DNA of 32,000 nt from an uncultured Bacilli bacterium. Its GTDB lineage: Bacteria > Bacillota_I > Bacilli_A > RF39 > UBA660. The stretch covers positions 1-32,000 of the forward strand of contig CAKOOR010000004.1 in the NCBI GenBank assembly GCA_934098505.1. The letters are read 5' to 3'. The notes below the pieces were generated by a model that was not told the origin of the DNA, did no database searches, and saw only the letters and a program-made list of their open reading frames with translations. Shown here piece by piece: positions 14,202 through 22,080 of this stretch. Each line of letters opens with the position of its first letter. The stretch's first letter is position 1. Position numbers and translations under genes: made by a program.

Positions 14202-16181
14202 ATGTCAGATTTTACATTTTTAAATAAAGAACAAGTATTTGGAGAACATCAATTATCCGTTCTAAAAAAGTATGGAGTAAAGGCAGTTCTAACGGATTTT
14301 TCTAATCTTCTTGGTGGTTTTTATGTTGGTACTAAACATTATGGTGTTTACTGGTTAAAGGATTTAACCGATGATAAGGTAGCCGTAGTTAATTATGGTG
14401 GTTCATTAAGACATGAGGCTGATAATGTAAAAAGTATCGCTGCCCGTATAGTATTACCAATAAACAACGATATAGAAAATTCTATTACAGAAAAAGGAAA
14501 ACTATTATTTTGTGAGCCTTCTAATTGTAATCCTTCTAATAGGCCTCTGGTTGTAAAAGAAGTAGAATATGGTTTTTATCCTCAGATGGCCGTATCAAAC
14601 GAACTACAAGAAAAATTAGAAGCGGAATATAAGACCTCTAATTTAAAGGTTAGCCACAACAGTTATACAGTAGACAAAAACCATTTTTTAACGAAAGACA
14701 AGGCCTTTTCGCCTTTAGCAATTCCTGAATATATATATGAAAACAAATATTATGTGAGAGTTATAAATTCTTCTTGGCCTTATACTACCTTAAATGATGG
14801 TAGAGAAGTAAAAAATGACGATTTTGTTTGGCTTGAAGTAAGTCCTGTTGAGTGGTTAATTGATAAAGAGTCTAATCTTTTAATAAGTAAATATTTATTG
14901 TTTTCTAATATCAGCTATTCATATGCTAAAAATGATAAAGATAATTTTGAAAAAACAGGTATTAAATGGTATTTAGATAATATTTGGTCTAAAGAACTAA
15001 TGCGAATATTTCAGATTAATCCGGTTAGTCCTATTATAAATAAAGAGCCTATTATAGATAAAGAGCCTAAAGAGCCTATTATAAATAAAGAGCCTAAAAA
15101 GTTACAAAAGGAACCTAACCCTTATAATTTTGATTTTTCTAAAGTAAGGGAAGAAGATATTATTAAAGGGGCTATCCAAAGTAATGTTGCAGTCTTCTTA
15201 CACGGCCGAAGTAGTGATGGTAAATCAAGTAGAGTAAAACAACTAGACCCTGATTGCATAATTCTTTACTTAAGAAATGCTACTCCAGATAGTCTAAATG
15301 GTAAATCTGTTTATAATGAAAATACTGGTGAAATGATTGATGTTCCCCCAACTTGGTATAAAAAATTACAAGAAAAATGCGAAAAAGAGCCTGATAAAAT
15401 TCATCTTGTTTTCTTTGATGAATTAACTAATGCCTTGCCAAGTATTCAAGGTATGGCATTCAATATTATTTTAGATGGTGAAGTAAATGGTATCTGGAAA
15501 CTACCTAAAAACGCGAGAGTTGTTGCGGCCGGCAATGACTTGAATGATTCTTTGGCTGCGAACGAAATGGCTGAACCATTATTTAACCGCTTTGCTCATG
15601 TTTATTTCAACACAACTACTAATGACTGGTTAAAGTGGGCCTCAATGGATAGTAAAGATTATCAAACTCTATCTTATAGTTCTAAAGAAAATCCTATGAA
15701 AATTCATCCGGCTATCTATGCCTTTATTTCTTATGAACGCTCCTATGAACATAATATTTTAAGAACACCATTTGACGGTAAAACACCAAATGCTGACCCT
15801 AGAAAATGGGAGATGGCTTCTAGAGTTTTATATCAAACCGGTAAACCTGAAATGTTAAGAGCCTTGATTGGGTGGAAATTAACCAAAAAATTTATTGCAT
15901 TCTGTAAAGAAAAGGCCGTATGTTATCACGATATTATAACTAAGACCTGGAATATTGAAGACGTTGCCGATGCTGAATTAAACATTACCGAAAAATATGC
16001 CACTACCGTAAGTTTGGCTTTGCAAACCAAAGAAGAAGATTTAGAAGTCGTTAGAAACTTTATTGAGTGTTTTGGGCAAGAATTCTTATCAATGTTTGAT
16101 GCTATCTGGAGTTACAACAATAAAGAAAGATTAGAAACACTTAATAATCTAAAATTAGCAAAAGCCAAAAAGACTGAATAA
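14202..16181 (+). CDS. MoxR-like (AAA_5-type) AAA+ ATPase with N-terminal DUF6273-like sensor-type domain, copy 1
   Basis: 659 aa. Core motifs: Walker A HGRSSDGKSS (GxxxxGKS), Walker B LVFFDELTNA, sensor-1-like VVAAGND, and LFNRFAHVY (Arg finger region). This follows the MoxR/AAA_5 pattern DE..N..p..q......il.........lp.n.r..a..N........l...l.nRF. The N-terminal 270 aa carry the motifs FTFL..E, LTDFS.LLGG, YWLKD, ARIVLPI, YGFYPQ, VEWLID and IKWYLDNIW. Confidence 0.85.
   Translation: MSDFTFLNKEQVFGEHQLSVLKKYGVKAVLTDFSNLLGGFYVGTKHYGVYWLKDLTDDKVAVVNYGGSLRHEADNVKSIAARIVLPINNDIENSITEKGKLLFCEPSNCNPSNRPLVVKEVEYGFYPQMAVSNELQEKLEAEYKTSNLKVSHNSYTVDKNHFLTKDKAFSPLAIPEYIYENKYYVRVINSSWPYTTLNDGREVKNDDFVWLEVSPVEWLIDKESNLLISKYLLFSNISYSYAKNDKDNFEKTGIKWYLDNIWSKELMRIFQINPVSPIINKEPIIDKEPKEPIINKEPKKLQKEPNPYNFDFSKVREEDIIKGAIQSNVAVFLHGRSSDGKSSRVKQLDPDCIILYLRNATPDSLNGKSVYNENTGEMIDVPPTWYKKLQEKCEKEPDKIHLVFFDELTNALPSIQGMAFNIILDGEVNGIWKLPKNARVVAAGNDLNDSLAANEMAEPLFNRFAHVYFNTTTNDWLKWASMDSKDYQTLSYSSKENPMKIHPAIYAFISYERSYEHNILRTPFDGKTPNADPRKWEMASRVLYQTGKPEMLRALIGWKLTKKFIAFCKEKAVCYHDIITKTWNIEDVADAELNITEKYATTVSLALQTKEEDLEVVRNFIECFGQEFLSMFDAIWSYNNKERLETLNNLKLAKAKKTE
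15030..15101 (+). repeat. In-frame tandem repeat (18-bp unit CCTATTATARATAAAGAG, 3 full copies plus 9-bp partial copies) in the inter-domain linker
   Basis: Full units at 15030..15047, 15048..15065 and 15075..15092. Partial CCTAAAGAG at 15066..15074 and CCTAAAAAG at 15093..15101. Encodes PIINKE-PIIDKE-PKE-PIINKE-PKK. Confidence 0.85.
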
Positions 16182-16248
16182 TATCATATTATTTTTAAAT
16201 TTTTCAATTTAGGAATAATTAACGTTATAAAAAAAGGAAAATAAATTT

Positions 16249-16650
16249 ATGAAACAAGAAAAGTTAAAGTTGTTAAAAGATTATTTAGAATTAGGACAAA
16301 TTCCAATATTAATAGAAGATACCTACCAAAGTATTTTTAAAGATAGTATCTTTCTTGCTAATGATTGTCAAATAGAAGACTTAAATGGTCATTATGAAGG
16401 AATAGACTTCTGCCCACCAGATTGGTATAGCAAACTTTTAAACCAGTCTAAAAAAACTAGACCAGTTCTTATGATTAGAAACATTAATAAAATAGATATT
16501 AACGATCAAGCCAAATTTATTGAAATATTAAAATATAAGCAAATAGCAACCTTTGAGCTACCAAAAAACACTTTAATTATCTTAACTGTAACTGATTTAA
16601 ATAGTAATAAATTAAATAAAGAAGTAGCCTCTTTAGTAGCAATGATATAG
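16249..16650 (+). CDS. Small degenerate AAA+ core paralog lacking Walker A and Walker B (pseudo-ATPase)
   Basis: 133 aa. CPPDWYSKLLNQSKKTRPVLMIRNINKIDINDQAKFIEILKYKQIATFELPKNTLIILTVTD aligns with VPPTWYKKLQEKCEKEPDKIHLVFFDELTNALPSIQGMAFNIILDGEVNGIWKLPKNARVVAAGND of the flanking ATPases. The P-loop position reads EDTYQSIFKDS and the Walker B DE position reads NI. Confidence 0.7.
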   Translation: MKQEKLKLLKDYLELGQIPILIEDTYQSIFKDSIFLANDCQIEDLNGHYEGIDFCPPDWYSKLLNQSKKTRPVLMIRNINKIDINDQAKFIEILKYKQIATFELPKNTLIILTVTDLNSNKLNKEVASLVAMI

Positions 16651-16658
16651 GAGTAGTT

Positions 16659-18143
16659 ATGAATGTTGATATTGATAAAATAAAAAGAAAAATGTTAATA
16701 AAATATCCTTTCTTTGGTAGTGTTATTGCCAACTTAAAGTATGTAAAAGATGAAGAAGTAAAAACCGCCGCGACTGATGGTGATAATATTTATTATAGTG
16801 AAGAATTTCTTTCTAAATTAAAACCAGATGAACAAGTATTTGTTTTAGCCCATGAAACTTGTCATATAGTTTTTAAACACGTTGATAGACGTAATAGTAA
16901 GGAACCTATAATGTGGAATATTGCTTGTGATGCGGTTATAAATGCCTTTTTAGAAAGTGATGGGCTACCTGTACTAAAAGATGCTGTTAAAATAGAAGGC
17001 GCTATTAATTATGATGCTGAAGAATTATACGAAAAATTAAGACAAAAAAAAGAAGAAAATGAAAAGTCTAAAGACCCTAATGGAAACTCTAACCGTCAAC
17101 AAGAAAATGGAAATCAGGGAAAATCTAACGGTTCTAGAAATCAAAAACCGCAAAATAATTCTCCTGCTTCTGAAAGCAAAAGTGCTAATGATAATTCTAG
17201 TAATAATATTGAAAATGCTAATTTTGATATAAAAGGTATCATCCCTCCGGCTAATCATGAACTATGGAAAAAGGATTTAAAAAAGACTAATAATAATGAA
17301 AATCAAGATAATCTAAGTGATAATAATAAAAAAGAATCTAATCAAAATAATTCCAATCCCAATTCTAAACTTGAAGACGCTAAGAAAGAATCCGATACTG
17401 AAAGTGATAGGGAAAAGAAAGTAAAAGAGTTAACAAAGAAATTTGCTAATATTGGTGAAAAGAAGGCCTTTGCTCAAAATAAAATTGAAAGAACTAAAGT
17501 ACTAGAAGAATTAAAAAAATCACTAGCCCAAGAAGCCAGTAATCATGGTAATACAACTAATATGGAAAAAAGAAAAGTAGATAATATCGGTATTTCTAAA
17601 CCATTAATTGACTGGCGCCGTCTTTTAAGAGAAACCATTACTTATGATAATGATTGGTCTTATCAAAATGCGACCATTGAAGATGGTTGTGTTGTTCCTC
17701 ATTTAGAAGATATACCCAAACCAGTTGCAGAAATAGTATTAGATACTAGTGGCTCTATTGATGAGAACTTATTACGCAATTTTTTAAGAGAATGTAAAAA
17801 TATTTTTCCAACTTCAAAAGTAAAAGTAGGTTGCTTTGATACTAAATTCTATGGCTTTCAAGAAATAAGAAATATTAATGATATTGATACTTTTCCTTTA
17901 GTGGGCTTTGGGGGTACCAACTTTGATGTTGCTGTTAATGCTTTTTCTAAAAGAGTGGAAAATAAAATTATATTTACCGATGGCTACGCCGATATGCCAA
18001 GTAAGAAAGTTAATGCTATCTGGGTTGTGTTTGGTAATGATAAAATTAATCCTCCTGGAGGCAAAGTTATTTATATAGATAGTGCGGCCTTAGAACGACT
18101 ATCTGGCTTTTCTTCTGGTTATGGGCTTAGAAGAAAATTTTAA
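16659..18143 (+). CDS. Zn-metallopeptidase-like (DUF2201_N type, HExxH) / vWA (DUF2201 type) fusion protein
   Basis: 494 aa. N-terminal YPFFGSVIANLKYV..AATDGDNIYYS..VLAHETCHIVFKH..WNIACDAVIN. A long N/K/E/S-rich low-complexity linker spans roughly residues 125-300. The C-terminal vWA has MIDAS residues VLDTSGSI, GGTNF and FTDGYAD. Start is 8 nt after the preceding stop. Confidence 0.85.
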   Translation: MNVDIDKIKRKMLIKYPFFGSVIANLKYVKDEEVKTAATDGDNIYYSEEFLSKLKPDEQVFVLAHETCHIVFKHVDRRNSKEPIMWNIACDAVINAFLESDGLPVLKDAVKIEGAINYDAEELYEKLRQKKEENEKSKDPNGNSNRQQENGNQGKSNGSRNQKPQNNSPASESKSANDNSSNNIENANFDIKGIIPPANHELWKKDLKKTNNNENQDNLSDNNKKESNQNNSNPNSKLEDAKKESDTESDREKKVKELTKKFANIGEKKAFAQNKIERTKVLEELKKSLAQEASNHGNTTNMEKRKVDNIGISKPLIDWRRLLRETITYDNDWSYQNATIEDGCVVPHLEDIPKPVAEIVLDTSGSIDENLLRNFLRECKNIFPTSKVKVGCFDTKFYGFQEIRNINDIDTFPLVGFGGTNFDVAVNAFSKRVENKIIFTDGYADMPSKKVNAIWVVFGNDKINPPGGKVIYIDSAALERLSGFSSGYGLRRKF

Positions 18144-18163
18144 AAAGAAAAGAGTTGAAAAAA

Positions 18164-20071
18164 ATGAATGATTTTACTTTTATAACTGGCGAAGATGCTT
18201 TTGGCGATGATGATCAAGCATTGGAAATCTTTAAAGTAGCTGGTACTAAATCACCATTAACTGATTATTCTATTATTTTAGGGGCTTATTATGATCCTGA
18301 ATCTAAATTAAGTTATGGCTCTTATTGGACTAAATCAACAGTTAGTAGTAATAAAAATGTTATCATTGTTGATGAAGAAGGCTATTCGGCAACTTATAGT
18401 ATTTGTCTGCGAGATATTGGGGCTAGAGTTGTTTATAATTTACCTGAAAATATTGAAAAGGAATTAACTAAAAATCTGGATACAACTACTGAACATATTT
18501 TTCAAGTAAAATACGGTTATTATCCTCAATCTGCCTTAAATAGGCTAGAACAAAAGAATTTAGATAATATGCTAAAGCAAGGTAAATTGCAATTAACCAA
18601 TAATTGTTATACTGCTGATTCTAGAAAGGATGGCGAAGATGATGAAATTTTTGCTCCTATTACTTTTAAAGAATACAAATTAGAGGATAAAAGATTAATA
18701 AAAGCCGTTGCCAATACAGCCTTGTATAATGGGTTTAAGTCCAAGTATAAAAATGGCGATAGTATTTGGGTTAATGTAGAACCAGTTTATTGGTTACTTG
18801 ATACTAAAAAGCATCAAATGATAAGTGGAAAAATTTTATTCGCTGGTGTTCAATTTGCTGATAATCCCAGTTTTACTAAGTTTGAAGAAACTAGAATTTA
18901 TCAATTTTTAAATACTTGTTTTGCTAGAGAATTAGTCCAAGGCTTAGATGAAAAATTGCTGCCTATAAAAGAAGAAGCTTCTATTAAAGATACTAAATTT
19001 TCAAATTTATATAATTTTGATTTTTCTAAAGTAAGTGAAGAAGACATTATTAAAGGGGCTATCCAAAGTAATGTTTCTGTCTTTTTACATGGCAGGAGTA
19101 GTGATGGCAAATCAAGTAGAGTAAAGCAACTAGATCCTGATTGCATAATTATTTACTTAAGAAATGCTACTCCGGACAGCCTAAATGGCAAAAGTGTCTA
19201 TAATGCCAGTACTGGTGAAATGATTGATGTACCACCAACTTGGTATAAAAAATTACAAGAAAAGTGTGAAAAAGAACCTAATAAACTTCACATTGTTTTC
19301 TTTGATGAATTAACTAATGCTCTACCTAGTATTCAAGGCATGGCTTTTAATATCATTTTGGATGGCGAAGTAAATGGTATCTGGAAACTCCCGGAAAATG
19401 CAAGAATTGTTGCGGCTGGCAATGACTTGGATGATTCCTTGGCTGCCAATGAAATGGCTGAACCCTTATTCAATCGCTTTGCTCATGTATATATTGATAC
19501 AACTGTTGATGATTGGTTAGATTGGGCAATGACTCCAGATAAAAATTATGAAGCATTAGATTATCAAAAACAAGAAAATTCTTTTAAAATCCATCCAGCT
19601 ATCTATGCTTATATTGCTTATAATGAGGCGATTGATAAATACGTTTTAAGAACTCGTTATGATGGGAAAAAACCTAATGCTGATCCTAGAAAATGGGAAA
19701 TGGCTTCTAAAGTATTATATCAAACTGGCAAGCCAGAAATGTTAAGGGCTTTAATTGGCGAAGATTTAACTAGGGATTTTATTGCTTTCTGCACCCAGAA
19801 AGTGCTAAGTATCGAAGATGTTTTAAATGAAAACTACTCTGAAGAAGACTTAAAAATGGACACTTCTAAGAAATATATTACTATTGTTAATTTATCCTTA
19901 GTAGATGAAGAAAATGTTGAAGTAATAAGAGATTTTGTAGCAAAATTAGGTAAGGAATTATTAGCCACTTTTTATTTATTGTGGACGCGTGGTAATGAAA
20001 CCAGATTAGAAAAAATAGCTGAATTAAAATTAGCTGGCAATCCTTTAAAATTACTAAAATCAAAAGACTAG
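18164..20071 (+). CDS. MoxR-like (AAA_5-type) AAA+ ATPase with divergent N-terminal DUF6273-like domain, copy 2
   Basis: The ORF track opens at TTG 18155. I prefer ATG 18164 because MNDFTFITGEDAFG then aligns with MSDFTFLNKEQVFG of copy 1. It has the same Walker A/B, sensor and Arg motifs as copy 1. The N-terminal domain carries YWTKS, GARVVYNL, YGYYPQ, VYWLLD. Confidence 0.85.
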   Translation: MNDFTFITGEDAFGDDDQALEIFKVAGTKSPLTDYSIILGAYYDPESKLSYGSYWTKSTVSSNKNVIIVDEEGYSATYSICLRDIGARVVYNLPENIEKELTKNLDTTTEHIFQVKYGYYPQSALNRLEQKNLDNMLKQGKLQLTNNCYTADSRKDGEDDEIFAPITFKEYKLEDKRLIKAVANTALYNGFKSKYKNGDSIWVNVEPVYWLLDTKKHQMISGKILFAGVQFADNPSFTKFEETRIYQFLNTCFARELVQGLDEKLLPIKEEASIKDTKFSNLYNFDFSKVSEEDIIKGAIQSNVSVFLHGRSSDGKSSRVKQLDPDCIIIYLRNATPDSLNGKSVYNASTGEMIDVPPTWYKKLQEKCEKEPNKLHIVFFDELTNALPSIQGMAFNIILDGEVNGIWKLPENARIVAAGNDLDDSLAANEMAEPLFNRFAHVYIDTTVDDWLDWAMTPDKNYEALDYQKQENSFKIHPAIYAYIAYNEAIDKYVLRTRYDGKKPNADPRKWEMASKVLYQTGKPEMLRALIGEDLTRDFIAFCTQKVLSIEDVLNENYSEEDLKMDTSKKYITIVNLSLVDEENVEVIRDFVAKLGKELLATFYLLWTRGNETRLEKIAELKLAGNPLKLLKSKD

Positions 20072-20212
20072 ACTGCTCAATAGATTATGTTTTATTTAAA
20101 AATTGAAATAAGCGTAAAATATTAGCTATTTAAAAATAAGTCATTTTCAAAAGATAATCATTAAAACATTATCATAAGTTAAACTAGACATTTAATATAT
20201 GCAAACTTTTAC

Positions 20213-20240
20213 TTGACAAATAGTAAAAAAATGTTAAACT
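20213..20240 (+). promoter_or_regulatory. Sigma-A-type promoter of the XRE regulator gene
   Basis: TTGACA (20213..20218), 16-nt spacer ending in TGT, then TAAACT (20235..20240). It lies 34 nt upstream of the ATG at 20274. Confidence 0.55.
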
Positions 20241-20273
20241 AATCATCAACCAAAGAAGAAAGCAGGTGGGTTT

Positions 20274-20630
20274 ATGGTTAAAGGTGATAGATTAAAAGCA
20301 TTAAGAAAAGAAAAAGGCTTAACTCAAAGTCAATTAGGTGAATTAATCGGGGTTAAAAAATCCGTTATTTGTCTTTATGAAAGAGAACTAAGAAATCCAA
20401 CTATTGAAAGTATCGTTGCCTTATGTCAAATTTTTAATGTCAATGCTGATTATTTAATCGGTAACGACGAACTAGCAACTGTTGATGTAAATGGAGAAGA
20501 AGAGCGCTTTGCAATGACTAAAGAAGAAGTTGCATTTATGAAAGAACTTCGTAAAAATAAAAAAGCTTATACTCTTCTTGTAGAAGATTTAAAAAGGGGA
20601 ATGGATTTTTTAGAATCCAAAATTAACTAA
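20274..20630 (+). CDS. XRE-family helix-turn-helix transcriptional regulator
   Basis: 118 aa. LKALRKEKGLTQSQLGELIGVKKSVICLYERELRNPTIESIVALCQIFNVNADYLIG is a canonical HTH_3 domain. Confidence 0.9.
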   Translation: MVKGDRLKALRKEKGLTQSQLGELIGVKKSVICLYERELRNPTIESIVALCQIFNVNADYLIGNDELATVDVNGEEERFAMTKEEVAFMKELRKNKKAYTLLVEDLKRGMDFLESKIN

Positions 20631-20654
20631 AATCTAGGAAACTAGATTTTTTTT
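20631..20654 (+). terminator. Rho-independent terminator of the XRE gene
   Basis: AATCTAG-GAAA-CTAGATT followed by TTTTTT, immediately after the stop codon. Confidence 0.7.
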
Positions 20655-20679
20655 AATGCTTTTGAATATGATTTATTAG

Positions 20680-21471
20680 GTGATAAATTTGAAAAAGTAT
20701 GGAAAATATATCCTTTTTAGCATTCTAGTCCTACTAAGCTTTTATACAACTAATAAAACTGCTAATTTAGCCCGTAATCAAGATCCTATATTAAAAGAAA
20801 TAAGGAATGTAAGTTTAGAAAAAAAATTAGACTTTGTTAATGCTGAAATAACTGATGATTATATCATTCCTGGCATGTATGGTAGTGTCATCGATGAATT
20901 AAAGAGCTTAGCTAAAATGAAAGAACAAGACGCTTTTAATAGTCTATATCTTGTAAGTCAACCCATAAAACCTGATATTTCTTTAAGTGATAATATGGAT
21001 AAAATTATTAAAAAAGGTAATAGTAAGAAACTAAGAGTAAGTTTTATCATAGATACTAATAGTAGTAAAGAAATTAAAGATTACTTAGTAAAAAATAATC
21101 TTAAAGCTTCTATTTTAACTACTAAAGAAACTTATTCTAAAGATAGTTATTTTGAACAAATTAATAATGACTTTAATAATTATCAAGACTTAGATAAATT
21201 GTTAAAAAAGAATAAAATAAATACTAATATTTGCGTTTTAGATAATAATAAAACTAATTTAAAATTTTGCCAAAAGAAAAAGAAATATTTAGTAATTCCA
21301 GAGTTAGTTTTAGATAAAACTAATATTATTGAAGTAAAAGAAAATCTAAGTAGTGGTAGTATTATTTATATCAAAGATGTAACTTATTTAGATTGCTTAG
21401 TCGAATATATTAAATCTAAAGATTTAAAAATAGTCCCGTTAAGTGAATTAATAAGTGAAAAAGAAAATTAA
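20680..21471 (+). CDS. Membrane-anchored hypothetical protein (possibly a degenerate NodB/polysaccharide-deacetylase-like fold)
   Basis: 263-aa ORF with N-terminal TM YILFSILVLLSFYTT. The true start is more likely in-frame TTG 20689, which sits 6 nt after the RBS AGGTGA. The functional guess rests only on a weak RVSFIIDTN...LKASILT pattern without catalytic residues. Confidence 0.6.
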   Translation: MINLKKYGKYILFSILVLLSFYTTNKTANLARNQDPILKEIRNVSLEKKLDFVNAEITDDYIIPGMYGSVIDELKSLAKMKEQDAFNSLYLVSQPIKPDISLSDNMDKIIKKGNSKKLRVSFIIDTNSSKEIKDYLVKNNLKASILTTKETYSKDSYFEQINNDFNNYQDLDKLLKKNKINTNICVLDNNKTNLKFCQKKKKYLVIPELVLDKTNIIEVKENLSSGSIIYIKDVTYLDCLVEYIKSKDLKIVPLSELISEKEN

Positions 21472-21557
21472 TTATTGCGATTAATTTATTATAAGTAAAA
21501 AGTAAAACTTAGAAAAACTCTTAAAAGATGAAAAGTATGTGAAGATTAGGAAAACAT

Positions 21558-21586
21558 TTGACTAATCTTTTTAGTAATGCTAGAAT
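21558..21586 (+). promoter_or_regulatory. Sigma-A-type promoter of the marR-ABC operon
   Basis: TTGACT (21558..21563), 17-nt spacer, TAGAAT (21581..21586). Confidence 0.6.
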
Positions 21587-21590
21587 TATT

Positions 21591-21608
21591 TTGTTAGTTT
21601 CCTAACAA
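21591..21608. promoter_or_regulatory. Palindromic candidate MarR operator
   Basis: TTGTTAG-TTTC-CTAACAA, a perfect 7-bp inverted repeat between the -10 box and the RBS of the MarR gene. Confidence 0.5.
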
Positions 21609-21621
21609 TGGTGGTAAAATT

Positions 21622-22080
21622 ATGCAAGAAAATAATTCGATAGGGTATCATATAATTAATACAGACAAGTTAATTGGTCGCTATATTTTTGGTAAATTTG
21701 CTAAAAAAGCTCGTTATAGGGTTAGTCCTATGCAGGTTATGATTACAAACTATTTACTTAAAACAAAAGAAAGACAAGTATTTCAGCAAGATATATGTGA
21801 TACTTTTAACTTAAGACGTTCAACTGTAAGTGGTATTCTAACAACAATGGAAAAAAACAATATAATAAAAAGAGTACCAAATGAAAGTGATCCTCGCAAA
21901 AAAGAAATAAAACTGGCCAAAGAATTTGTTACTAATACCAAACAAATTCCTTATGAATTTAGAAAAATGGAAAGTATTTTAGAACAAGATTTTACCATAG
22001 AAGAAAAAAAAGAATTAATTAGATTATTAAGTAAATTGGAAGGAAATTTAATAAATGAAGAGAGGAAGAAAAATGTTTAA
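21622..22080 (+). CDS. MarR-family transcriptional regulator
   Basis: 152 aa. Winged-helix segment QQDICDTFNLRRSTVSGILTTMEKNNIIKRVPNESDPRKKEIKL. Confidence 0.85.
   Translation: MQENNSIGYHIINTDKLIGRYIFGKFAKKARYRVSPMQVMITNYLLKTKERQVFQQDICDTFNLRRSTVSGILTTMEKNNIIKRVPNESDPRKKEIKLAKEFVTNTKQIPYEFRKMESILEQDFTIEEKKELIRLLSKLEGNLINEERKKNV

Noticed and set aside
15030-15101. Short direct repeats as a possible CRISPR array
   Set aside because: The units are contiguous without spacers, only 9-18 bp long, in frame, and inside a coding sequence.
17037-17258. 73-aa minus-strand ORF inside the metallopeptidase-vWA gene (also 18901..19146 inside ATPase 2)
   Set aside because: Both are antisense to well-supported genes. 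The first lies in the low-complexity linker.
22055-22072. Upstream ATG (22055) as start of the first ABC gene
   Set aside because: It would add MKRGRK and overlap marR by 26 nt. ATG 22073 has a better-placed RBS and gives a typical MFKLFK N-terminus. The upstream start is not excluded.
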